From contig JBASCW010000038.1 of assembly GCA_049651845.1 (NCBI GenBank), forward strand, positions 3,543 to 67,542: a DNA stretch of 64,000 bases, given 5' to 3'. Numbering within the stretch: position 1 is the first letter of the stretch; every line of letters begins with the position of its first letter. This document shows, one piece after another, positions 17,659-26,173 of this stretch. The DNA comes from Burkholderiales bacterium. Lineage in GTDB: Bacteria; Pseudomonadota; Gammaproteobacteria; Burkholderiales; SG8-39. A program made the translations under genes and the position numbers. The notes beneath the pieces are model-generated. The model had not been told where the DNA came from. It saw only the letters and a list, made by a program, of their open reading frames with translations, and ran no database searches.

Positions 17659-18279
17659 ATGACGCCCTACCTCAAGTTCCTCTCCCAGATCGTCAACCAG
17701 TCGATCTTCATTTTTCTCGTGATCGGGGCGGCGTTCGCCCTGATCGCGGGCCTGATGCTGCTGTTCGACAGCCAGCGCGCGTTCCGCATCGCCGAACGCC
17801 TCGACCGCTGGGTGTCGACGCGCGAGGCGATCAGGCCGCTGGAAGAGCACCGCGTCATCAGCCGTCCGCTCTACCGCATGCACCGGTTGGTGGGCGCGCT
17901 GATCTGCGCTGGCGCGCTGTACTCGCTGATCGTGCTGGGCATGCCCTCGGGCGAGGCCGCGATCAAGACTTCGCTCAGCGGCATCGGTCCGACGCGATTC
18001 GTAGCCTGGATTTCCGAGAGCCTGCGCTATTTCCTTCTCATAGGAAACTTCGGCGCCCTGCTGTTCGGCTTGGTGTTCGTCCTGCGCCCGAGCGCCCTCA
18101 AGGGCCTCGAGGCTTGGGCGGACCGGCGCATCTCCGAGCGCAAGGCGATCAAGCCGCTGGAGCAGATGCGCCTGTCGGCCGATCAGGTATTGCGCCGGCA
18201 TCCGCGGGCAGTAGGCGCGCTGGTGGTCCTGGGCAGCCTGTACGTGCTGCTCAATCTGGGCTACGCGCTGCTTCGCTAG
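17659..18279 (+). CDS. Hypothetical 4-TM membrane protein with an internal two-fold repeat
   Basis: 206 aa from the ATG at 17659. The repeat unit is TM helix, then DRW/RxSxRxAIxPLE, then TM helix with VGAL...G.LY.L..LG. I recognised no family. Confidence 0.5.
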   Translation: MTPYLKFLSQIVNQSIFIFLVIGAAFALIAGLMLLFDSQRAFRIAERLDRWVSTREAIRPLEEHRVISRPLYRMHRLVGALICAGALYSLIVLGMPSGEAAIKTSLSGIGPTRFVAWISESLRYFLLIGNFGALLFGLVFVLRPSALKGLEAWADRRISERKAIKPLEQMRLSADQVLRRHPRAVGALVVLGSLYVLLNLGYALLR

Positions 18280-18534
18280 GCAGGCCGGTCCGGCCTGTCA
18301 GACGCGGTCCCACTCCGCACCGCCTTTCGGCAAGTGCGGAGGGGACGAACCCCTTACCGCGGAGGAGGAGGGAGGAGACCGCGGAGGGCGCGTTCTTGAA
18401 TCCTGTCTGCAGCGCCTACCCCTGCTTTATTGCCGGCTGCTGCGGTGCATCAAATTTACGGCTTTGCGGATCGATATACAATTGCGCAGAGATGTAAAAC
18501 TCCTTTGTGATTTACGCAACAATATAGGACCCCC

Positions 18535-19488
18535 ATGGGAGACTCGCTTTACGAGATGTCGGTCTTCGCGAAAGTCGTGGCGACGGGCAGCCTGTCGGCT
18601 GCCGCGCGTGACCTAGGCGTATCGACTGCAGTCGTCAGCCGGCGTCTGGCGGCGCTGGAGGCAAGACTGGGCGTGCGCCTGGTGAACCGCACGACGCGGC
18701 GGTTAGCGCTCACTGACGAAGGCGCGAGCTATCACGAAGCCTGCGCACGGATCCTCGGCGAGATCGAGGATGCCGATGCCGCGGCGGCGGCCAAGCGCGT
18801 GGAGCCGCAGGGACTGCTCAAAGTCGCGCTGCCCGCCTCCTTCGGCCACAAGCACATCGCGCCGCTGGTGCCGCCGTTCGCCGCGCGCTATCCGAAGATC
18901 CAGCTGGCGCTCAGCCTCTCGGACCGCACGGTGAACGTGATCGAGGAAGGCTACGACCTGGCGATCCGCATCGGCGAGCTGGAGGATTCCTCGCTCGCCG
19001 CGCGCAAGCTTGCCCCCAACCGGCGCGTGGTCTGTGCGAGCCCCGAATACCTGCGGCGCCATCCCGCGCCGCGCACGCCCGAGGACCTGCAGCAGCACAA
19101 CTGCCTGACCACCAACGACCTGCAGATGAACTGGGAGTACAAGGGGCCCGACGGCAGGCGCGGCTCGGTGCGCGTCTCGGGGCGCTTCGCCTGCGACAAC
19201 TGGGAGGTGCTGCGCGAATGGGCCATGGCCGGCCTCGGCGTCGCGCTCAAATCCACCTGGGACGTGCGCCGGCAGCTGGGCGACGGGGCGCTCGTGCCGC
19301 TGCTGCCGGGCTACGACTTTGGCACCGACGTCGCGATCTACGCAGTCTACCCGCACCGGCGCTACCTGCCGGCGAAGACGCGGGTGTTCATCGACTACCT
19401 TGCCGAGTCCTTCGGTCCCGAGCCGTACTGGGACCAACCCGAGGATCAGCCGGACGCGAAACGAACCAAGAGCCACGCCACGGTCTAA
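18535..19488 (+). CDS. LysR-family transcriptional regulator
   Basis: 317 aa with an N-terminal wHTH (FAKVVATGSLSAAARDLGVSTAVVSRRLAALE) and a LysR substrate-binding domain. Confidence 0.9.
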   Translation: MGDSLYEMSVFAKVVATGSLSAAARDLGVSTAVVSRRLAALEARLGVRLVNRTTRRLALTDEGASYHEACARILGEIEDADAAAAAKRVEPQGLLKVALPASFGHKHIAPLVPPFAARYPKIQLALSLSDRTVNVIEEGYDLAIRIGELEDSSLAARKLAPNRRVVCASPEYLRRHPAPRTPEDLQQHNCLTTNDLQMNWEYKGPDGRRGSVRVSGRFACDNWEVLREWAMAGLGVALKSTWDVRRQLGDGALVPLLPGYDFGTDVAIYAVYPHRRYLPAKTRVFIDYLAESFGPEPYWDQPEDQPDAKRTKSHATV

Positions 19489-19521
19489 TATCATTCGGAT
19501 GCCGTCCGAGGAGGCTGCCTG

Positions 19522-22500
19522 ATGAACGCTCCGGTCGATCCCGCCCAGCTCGCCAAGGTCTCTCTGGACGACAAGTACACCCTCGAGCGAGGGCGCGTGT
19601 TCCTCACCGGCACGCAGGCGCTGATCCGGCTCCTCTTGCTCCAGCGCGAGCGCGACCTGCGCGCGGGCCTGAACACCGCGGGCTTCGTGTCCGGCTACCG
19701 CGGCTCGCCGTTGGGCGGCCTCGACCAGGCGCTCTGGCGCGCGCAAAGGCATCTCGAGTCGCACCACGTCAAGTTCCAGCCCGGCGTGAACGAGGATCTG
19801 GCCGCCACCGCGATCTGGGGCACGCAGCAGGTCGGCATGTTCCCGGGCGCGAAGTACGACGGCGTCTATGGCATGTGGTACGGCAAGGGGCCCGGCGTGG
19901 ACCGCTGCGGGGACGTCTTCAAGCACGCCAATTCGGCGGGCACGTCTAAGAACGGCGGCGTGCTGGTGCTCGCGGGCGACGACCACGCGGCGAAATCCTC
20001 GACGCTCGCGCACCAGAGCGAGCACATTCTCAAGGCCTGCTGCATCCCGGTGCTCAACCCGGCGAACGTACAGGACTACCTCGACTTCGGCCTGCACGGC
20101 TATGCGATGAGCCGCTATTCGGGCTGCTGGATCGGCTTCAAGTGCGTCACCGACGTGGTTGAGTCCGGTGCCTCGGTGATCGTCGATCCGGAGCGCGTGC
20201 AGGTGCGGCTGCCGGAAGACTTCGCGCTGCCGCCGGGCGGCGTGAACGTCCGCTGGCCCGACAGCTTCCTCGAGCAGGAGGCGCGCCTGCTCGACTGGAA
20301 GGTCTACGCGGCGGCGGCCTACGTGCGCGCCAACGGGCTGGACCGCATCGTCTGGGACTCGCCTGCCGGTTACCCGCCTGCGCGCTTCGGCATCGTCACC
20401 ACCGGCAAGAGCTTCGGCGACACCATGCAGGCGCTCGCCGACCTGGGCATCGATGAGAGCGTGGCGCGCGAGATCGGGCTGCGCCTCTACAAGGTGGCGA
20501 TGAGCTGGCCGCTCGAGCCGCAGGGCGCGCGGCGCTTCGCGCAGGGGCTCGAGGAGATCCTCGTCATCGAGGAAAAGCGCCAGCTCATCGAGTACCAGAT
20601 CAAGGAGGAGCTCTACACCTGGAAGGAAGGCGAGCGCGCGCCGCGCGTGGTCGGCAAGTTCGACGACAACGGCGAATGGAGCCGCGCCGAGGGCCAGCCC
20701 GCCGGGACCTGGCTGCTGCCTGCGCACTACGAGCACAACCCGGCGATCGTCGCCAAGGCCATTGCGCAGCGGCTGGTGAAGCTGAACCTGGCTTCCCGCC
20801 TGGGAAGCCGCTTCAAGGAGCGGCTCGCGTTCCTGGAGTTCAAGGAGAAGGCGCTCGCCAAGCCGCGCGTCACCACGGTGCGCCAGCCCTATTTCTGCTC
20901 CGGCTGCCCGCACAACACTTCGACGCGGGTGCCCGAGGGCAGCCGCGCCACCGCCGGCATCGGCTGCCACTTCATGGCGGTCTGGATGGACAGGAGCACT
21001 TCGACTTTCACTCACATGGGCGCGGAGGGCGCGCCCTGGATCGGCCAGGCGCCGTTCACCGAGGAAAAGCACATCTTCGCCAACCTCGGCGACGGCACCT
21101 ACTTCCATTCCGGCCTGATGGCGATCCGCGCCGCGGTGGCCGCCAAGGTCACCATGACCTACAAGATCCTCTACAACGACGCGGTGGCGATGACCGGCGG
21201 CCAGCACCACGACGGCCCGCTCGACCCGGCGATGATCTCGCGGCAGATCGCCGCCGAGGGAGTGAAGCCGATCGTCATCGTGACCGACGAGCCGGAGAAG
21301 TATCCTGCCGGGACGGACTGGGCGCCGGGCGTGACGATCCGGCACCGCGACGAGCTGGACGCGGTGCAGCGCGAGCTGCGCGAGCAGCCCGGGGTGTCCG
21401 CGCTGATCTACGACCAGACCTGCGCCTCCGAGAAGCGCCGGCGCCGCAAGCGCAACGCCTATCCCGATCCGGCGCGGCGCGCGGTGATCAACGAGATGGT
21501 CTGCGAGGGCTGCGGCGACTGCAGCACCAAGTCCAACTGCCTGTCGGTCGAGCCGCTGGAGACCGAGTTCGGCCGCAAGCGCGCGATCAACCAGTCCACC
21601 TGCAACAAGGACTTCTCCTGCCTGAAGGGCTTCTGCCCGAGCTTCGTCACGGTGGAAGGCGGGCGGCTGAAAAAGGGCAAGTCCGGCGTGGCTTCTCCGG
21701 GGGAGTCGTTTTCTCTTGAGGAACCCGCAATTCCATCGCTGCAAGAGCCCTTTGGAATCCTCGTCACCGGCATCGGCGGCACGGGCGTGATCACCATCGG
21801 CCAGATCCTCGGCATGGCGGCGCACCTGGAGGCGAAGGGCGTGTCGGTGCTCGACATGTCGGGCCTCGCGCAGAAGTACGGCGCGGTGATGTCGCACGTG
21901 AAGATCGCGGCGGGCCCGAACGAGGTCCACGTCGCGCGCCTGGGCACGGGCGACGCGCGCCTGGTGATCGGCTGCGACCTGGTGGTCACCGCGACCGGCG
22001 ACGCGCTCGACAAGATGCATGCGCACAAGACGCGCGCGCTGGTGAACGCCACCACCACGCCGACCGCGGCCTTCGTGAAGAACCCCGACTGGCAGCTGCC
22101 GGGCTCGAACCTGCAGCAGGACGTGCTGGAGGCCTGCGGCGGCAAGGGGGCGGAGTTCGTGCCGGCGGCCGAGATCGCCACCGCGCTGATGGGCGATTCG
22201 ATCGCCACCAACATGTTCATGCTCGGCTACGCCTGGCAGAAGGGCTGGGTGCCGCTCGGGCGCGAAGCCATCGAGCGCGCGATCGAGCTGAACGGCGTCG
22301 CGGTGGCCTTCAACCAGCAGTCCTTCGTCTGGGGCCGGCGCGCGGCGGTGGACCTGGAGCGCGTGCGCCGCCTCGCGCTGCCGGCCGAGGTGATCCCGAT
22401 CGAGCAGCATTTCTCGCGCAACCTGGAGGAACTGGTCGAGCGGCGCTCGCAGTTCCTGACCGCCTATCAGGACGCTGCGTATGCACGGAGGTATCGCGCT

Positions 22501-23070
22501 CTCGTTCTCAAGGTCAAGAACGCCGAACAAGAAAGAAATAACTCTACGAAACTTTCCGAAGCGGTCGCGCGCTACTACGCCAAACTGCTCGCCTACAAGG
22601 ACGAGTACGAGGTCGCGCGCCTCTACAGCGACGGCGCCTTCCGCAGGAAGATCGAGGGCATGTTCGAGGGCGGCTACAAGCTCGTGTTCCACCTCGCGCC
22701 GCCGCTGCTCGCCAAGCCGGACCCGCGCACGGGAGAGCCCGGGAAAATGCAGTTCGGGGGCTGGGTGCTGAGCCTGTTCAGGATTCTTTCGAGCTTGAAA
22801 GGACTTCGCGGCACGGCGCTCGACATCTTCGGCCGCACCGAGGAGCGGCGCATGGAGCGCGCGCTGATCGCCGAGTACGAGCAGACGGTCGAGGCACTGC
22901 TCGCCGGCCTCACGCGTGACAACCATGCGCTCGCGGTCGAAATCGCCTCGCTGCCGGAAACGATCCGCGGCTACGGCCACATCAAGGCCAAGAGCGTGCA
23001 GGCAGCGCGCGCCAGGCGCGAGGAGCTGCTCGCGCGCTACCGCTCGGCGCCCGTACGCGCGGCTGCCTGA
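19522..23070 (+). CDS. Indolepyruvate ferredoxin oxidoreductase family protein (fused IorA/IorB-type 2-oxoacid:ferredoxin oxidoreductase)
   Basis: 1182 aa with the family-typical N-terminus (LDDKYTLERGRVFLTGTQALIRL) and a CxxCxxC ferredoxin-like motif (CEGCGDCSTKSNC). A strong SD (GAGGAGG) precedes the start. Confidence 0.9.
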   Translation: MNAPVDPAQLAKVSLDDKYTLERGRVFLTGTQALIRLLLLQRERDLRAGLNTAGFVSGYRGSPLGGLDQALWRAQRHLESHHVKFQPGVNEDLAATAIWGTQQVGMFPGAKYDGVYGMWYGKGPGVDRCGDVFKHANSAGTSKNGGVLVLAGDDHAAKSSTLAHQSEHILKACCIPVLNPANVQDYLDFGLHGYAMSRYSGCWIGFKCVTDVVESGASVIVDPERVQVRLPEDFALPPGGVNVRWPDSFLEQEARLLDWKVYAAAAYVRANGLDRIVWDSPAGYPPARFGIVTTGKSFGDTMQALADLGIDESVAREIGLRLYKVAMSWPLEPQGARRFAQGLEEILVIEEKRQLIEYQIKEELYTWKEGERAPRVVGKFDDNGEWSRAEGQPAGTWLLPAHYEHNPAIVAKAIAQRLVKLNLASRLGSRFKERLAFLEFKEKALAKPRVTTVRQPYFCSGCPHNTSTRVPEGSRATAGIGCHFMAVWMDRSTSTFTHMGAEGAPWIGQAPFTEEKHIFANLGDGTYFHSGLMAIRAAVAAKVTMTYKILYNDAVAMTGGQHHDGPLDPAMISRQIAAEGVKPIVIVTDEPEKYPAGTDWAPGVTIRHRDELDAVQRELREQPGVSALIYDQTCASEKRRRRKRNAYPDPARRAVINEMVCEGCGDCSTKSNCLSVEPLETEFGRKRAINQSTCNKDFSCLKGFCPSFVTVEGGRLKKGKSGVASPGESFSLEEPAIPSLQEPFGILVTGIGGTGVITIGQILGMAAHLEAKGVSVLDMSGLAQKYGAVMSHVKIAAGPNEVHVARLGTGDARLVIGCDLVVTATGDALDKMHAHKTRALVNATTTPTAAFVKNPDWQLPGSNLQQDVLEACGGKGAEFVPAAEIATALMGDSIATNMFMLGYAWQKGWVPLGREAIERAIELNGVAVAFNQQSFVWGRRAAVDLERVRRLALPAEVIPIEQHFSRNLEELVERRSQFLTAYQDAAYARRYRALVLKVKNAEQERNNSTKLSEAVARYYAKLLAYKDEYEVARLYSDGAFRRKIEGMFEGGYKLVFHLAPPLLAKPDPRTGEPGKMQFGGWVLSLFRILSSLKGLRGTALDIFGRTEERRMERALIAEYEQTVEALLAGLTRDNHALAVEIASLPETIRGYGHIKAKSVQAARARREELLARYRSAPVRAAA

Positions 23071-23155
23071 AAAAGGGGGTCAGAGCAACATTTCCATGCG
23101 CGATCTCTTGCTTTCAGGATTCAAGGCCGGAAATGTTGCTCTGACCCCCTTTTTC
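23069..23155. repeat. 27-bp perfect inverted repeat with a 33-nt spacer (long A-tract/stem/T-tract hairpin)
   Basis: Arms at 23069-23095 (gaAAAAGGGGGTCAGAGCAACATTTCC) and 23129-23155 are exact reverse complements. The element overlaps the ior stop codon, and the spacer contains the ATG of the next ORF. Confidence 0.85.
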
Positions 23156-23677
23156 TTGGGGCTGCTGTTCGCGGCGCCTTTGCACGCGCAGACCGAGGAG
23201 GCGCGTACGCTGGCGATCGAGGGCGGCGCGAGCGTTGCCTATACCTTGCGCAAGCACCCCGCCGACGCGCATCTCGCGTGGCCGGCGAAGGAGCTCGCGC
23301 CGACGAGCGCGCTCGACACGGCGAAGCTGCTCAACCTGCACCTGTCCGCGGGCGACATCGAGGAGGCCGCGCTGCTCTCGAACTCGCCGCGCCGCCGCTT
23401 CGAAGTGCTGCGCGAGTACCGCGAATCGGTGGGCGAGGACGAGTTCAAGCGCGTGTTCGCGCAGTACCTGGCGCCGGCCAACCAGCTCATCGCCGAGATC
23501 GCCATCGACAAGCACCGGCTGCTGGTCTGGGATCTGCGCGAGGGCGCGACGCGGATTGCCGGGCAGTTCTTCGTCGAGATCGACGGCAAGGTGCTGATTG
23601 ACGACGTGCCCAACGACGTGCGCACGCAGCTGCGCTGGGTGCTCGAGGCCTACCGCTCTGGCAAGCTCGCGCGCTGA
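23096..23677 (+). CDS. Hypothetical secreted protein
   Basis: 193 aa with a signal-peptide-like N-terminus ending PLHA|QT. I recognised no family. The start lies inside the inverted-repeat loop and has no SD, so the start and expression are uncertain. Confidence 0.45.
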   Translation: MRDLLLSGFKAGNVALTPFFLGLLFAAPLHAQTEEARTLAIEGGASVAYTLRKHPADAHLAWPAKELAPTSALDTAKLLNLHLSAGDIEEAALLSNSPRRRFEVLREYRESVGEDEFKRVFAQYLAPANQLIAEIAIDKHRLLVWDLREGATRIAGQFFVEIDGKVLIDDVPNDVRTQLRWVLEAYRSGKLAR

Positions 23678-23688
23678 GCGCGCCCGCC

Positions 23689-24402
23689 CTAGACCTTCAG
23701 GCTGAACGGCGTGAAGTTCGTGTGGCGGTCGTAGTAGTCCTCGTGCTCCGCGCGCTTCAGGAACGCCACCACGCGGTAGGTCACCGGCGTCATGAGGATC
23801 TCCCAGCCGGTCTTCAGCAGGTACTGCGCGATCACGACCTTGATCAGGTCCGGCGTCGCCCAGATGCCGTAGAAGGCGATGACGTAGAACAGCGCCGAAT
23901 CCACGAATTCGCCGACGATCGTCGAGCCGATGGTGCGCGTCCAGAGCCAGCGGCCCTTGCTCCAGACCTTCATCTTCGCCAGCACGTAGCTGTTGGCGAA
24001 GCTGCCGCACCAGAATGCGATCATCGAGCCGAGCGCGATGCGCCAGGCGTTGCCGAACACCGACTCGAGCGCGGGCTGGTAGCTCTTCATGTAGTCCGAC
24101 GGCCCCGGCGGCAGGCTCACCACCACCCAGGCCATGAACGAGGCGAACGCGAGAGCGCCGAAGCCCGCCCACACCACGCGCCGGTCGCGGCCGTAGCCGT
24201 AGACCTCGGTCAGGATGTCGCCGAAGATGTAGGAAATCGGGAAGAACAGCACGCCGGCGCCGAACGGCGTCGGCCCCAGGAGCGGCAGGTCGATCACGGC
24301 CTGCTTCGCGGCGCCGATGAAGTTCGAGCAGATCAGCACCGTGACGAACGCCGCCATCACGAAATCGTAATAGCGGTAGCTCCGGGTGGAATGCGCGCTC
24401 AT
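23689..24402 (-). CDS. yhhQ: Queuosine-precursor transporter (YhhQ/DUF165 family)
   Basis: 237 aa, polytopic, with the signature FPISYIFGDILTEVYGY. Its start overlaps the upstream stop (ATGA). Confidence 0.8.
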   Translation of the reverse strand: MSAHSTRSYRYYDFVMAAFVTVLICSNFIGAAKQAVIDLPLLGPTPFGAGVLFFPISYIFGDILTEVYGYGRDRRVVWAGFGALAFASFMAWVVVSLPPGPSDYMKSYQPALESVFGNAWRIALGSMIAFWCGSFANSYVLAKMKVWSKGRWLWTRTIGSTIVGEFVDSALFYVIAFYGIWATPDLIKVVIAQYLLKTGWEILMTPVTYRVVAFLKRAEHEDYYDRHTNFTPFSLKV

Positions 24403-24941
24403 GCGCTCGAGGGCAATTTTGGCGCGTAGTCCCGCACGTCGGGATCCAGCTCCACGCGCATCGCATCGAGCATGCGCGACACGAGCGCGTAGAAGCCCGC
24501 GGTCAGGCAGAGCTCGACATACTCCGCATCGCTGAAGTGCTGCTTGGCCTCGGCATGCACCGCGTCACTGACGTCGCAGGCCATCACCGCCTCGGTGAGC
24601 GCGAGCGCCGCGCGCTCGCGAGGGTCGAAATTCAAGGCGCTACGCCAGCCGGCGAGCGCCGCGATCTTCTGCTCCTGCACGCCTGCCTTGCGCGCCATGC
24701 GCAGGTGATGCGCCCACTCGTATTCGGAGCGCGCGATCTGCGCGGTGCGCAGGATCATCAGCTCGCGCAACGCGCGCGGCGTGCGGCCGTCGTGGCGGAT
24801 CGCGTTGGCGAACTCGGTCCACGCCGCGGTGAGCGCCGGATGGTTGCCGAGCGCGCGGTACAGGTTGACCGGCTCGCCCCAGAGTTCCTCGAGGCGCTTC
24901 TGCAGGGCGGGCTCGAACTGCGCGGCGGGAACGCGTTGCAT
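24399..24941 (-). CDS. Carboxymuconolactone decarboxylase (AhpD-like) family protein
   Basis: 180 aa from the ATG at 24941 (MQRVPAAQ...); the track ORF is extended into Arg-rich sequence. It shows a CMD-like helical pattern. Confidence 0.7.
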   Translation of the reverse strand: MQRVPAAQFEPALQKRLEELWGEPVNLYRALGNHPALTAAWTEFANAIRHDGRTPRALRELMILRTAQIARSEYEWAHHLRMARKAGVQEQKIAALAGWRSALNFDPRERAALALTEAVMACDVSDAVHAEAKQHFSDAEYVELCLTAGFYALVSRMLDAMRVELDPDVRDYAPKLPSSA

Positions 24942-24958
24942 GGCGGCATAATAGCCGA
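24942..24958. promoter_or_regulatory. 17-bp divergent intergenic region with back-to-back -10-like hexamers
   Basis: The sequence is GGCGGCATAATAGCCGA. CATAAT lies 6 nt before the plus-strand ATG (24959), and TATTAT lies 6 nt before the minus-strand ATG (24941). Neither gene has an SD. Confidence 0.35.
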
Positions 24959-26173
24959 ATGATCTCGGCCGGCGCGATTGCGGACTTCCAGCTGACGCGC
25001 GTGCCGCCGGAGTTTCTCGACGATCCCTATCCGTGGTACGCCGCGCTGCGCACGCACGATCCGCTGCACGCGCTCGAGGGCGGCGGCGTGTTCCTCTCGC
25101 GCTACGACGACGCAATCGCGATCTACCGCGAGCCGCGCGCGAGCTCTGACAAGAAGGCGGAGTTCCTCCCGAAACTCGGCAACTCGCCGCTCTACGAGCA
25201 CCACACCACGAGCCTCGTGTTCAACGATCCGCCGCTGCACACGCGCGTGCGCCGCATCCTCATGGGCGCGGTGAACCAGCGCGCCATCGCGCGCATGGAG
25301 CCCGCGGTCGCACGCCTGGTCGAGGCGCTGCTCGAAGACATGGCGGCGCGCGGCGAGTGCGACTTCATCGCCGACTTCGCGGCGCAGATCCCGATCGAGG
25401 TGATCGGCAACCTGCTCGACATCCCCAAGCCGGAGCGCGGCCCGCTGCGCGCCTGGTCGATCGCCATCCTCACCGGACTGGAGCCCGCGCTCACGCCGCA
25501 GATGCTCGAGGCGGGGAACCGGGCCGTGGCCGAATTTGTCTCCTATTTGGAAACTCTCATTCAAGAGCGCAGGAAAAATCCCGGCGATCCGGAGGTCGAC
25601 GTACTGACTCGGCTGATACAGGGCGAGAAGGACGGCGAGCGGCTCACCGACACCGAGCTCTACCACCAATGCATCTTCCTGCTGAACGCGGGACACGAGA
25701 CGACGACCAACCTCATCGGCAATGGTCTCTGGGCGCTTCTCAACAATGAAGACCAACTGCAGGACCTCAGAAAGGATCCTTCATCGATCAATTCGGCAAT
25801 TGAAGAGATGTTGCGCTTTGACGGGCCGATCCAGCTCAACAACCGGCGCCTCACCGCGCCGGTGACCCTGGGCGGCCGGTCGCTGCCGGCCGGCACGCCG
25901 ATCACCATCGGCATCGGCGCGGCGAACCGCGATCCGGCGCAGTTCCCCGATGCCGAGCGCTTCGACGTCGCGCGCAAGCCCAACCGCCACATCGCCTTCG
26001 GCCAGGGCGACCATGTCTGCGTCGGCATGAACGTCGCGCGCATGGAGGGCCGCATCGCTTTCTCGCGCCTGCTCGCGCGCTTCTCGCGCATCCACCTTGC
26101 CGGCACGCCCGAACGTGACCGCCGGGTACGCTTCCGGGGCTTTCGCAAGCTCCCGGTACGGGTTGGCGGCTAG
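24959..26173 (+). CDS. Cytochrome P450
   Basis: 404 aa with the heme-thiolate loop FGQGDHVCVGMNVA, the ExxR motif (EEMLRFD) and the I-helix motif (LLNAGHETT). Confidence 0.9.
   Translation: MISAGAIADFQLTRVPPEFLDDPYPWYAALRTHDPLHALEGGGVFLSRYDDAIAIYREPRASSDKKAEFLPKLGNSPLYEHHTTSLVFNDPPLHTRVRRILMGAVNQRAIARMEPAVARLVEALLEDMAARGECDFIADFAAQIPIEVIGNLLDIPKPERGPLRAWSIAILTGLEPALTPQMLEAGNRAVAEFVSYLETLIQERRKNPGDPEVDVLTRLIQGEKDGERLTDTELYHQCIFLLNAGHETTTNLIGNGLWALLNNEDQLQDLRKDPSSINSAIEEMLRFDGPIQLNNRRLTAPVTLGGRSLPAGTPITIGIGAANRDPAQFPDAERFDVARKPNRHIAFGQGDHVCVGMNVARMEGRIAFSRLLARFSRIHLAGTPERDRRVRFRGFRKLPVRVGG

Noticed and set aside
18703-22980. 1425-aa ORF on the minus strand.
   Set aside because: It is antisense to the clearly homologous indolepyruvate ferredoxin oxidoreductase-family gene. 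The product is Arg/Ala/His/Gly-rich and low-complexity with no recognisable motif. This is a typical high-GC antisense open frame.
23069-23155. The inverted repeat read as a mobile-element terminus or MITE.
   Set aside because: No transposase or target-site duplication is evident and only one copy is in the window. I kept it as a finding but not as a mobile_element call.
24399-24958. A preQ1 riboswitch upstream of yhhQ.
   Set aside because: The yhhQ start overlaps the stop of the upstream CMD-family gene, and the operon's 5' gap is only 17 bp. There is no room for a riboswitch.
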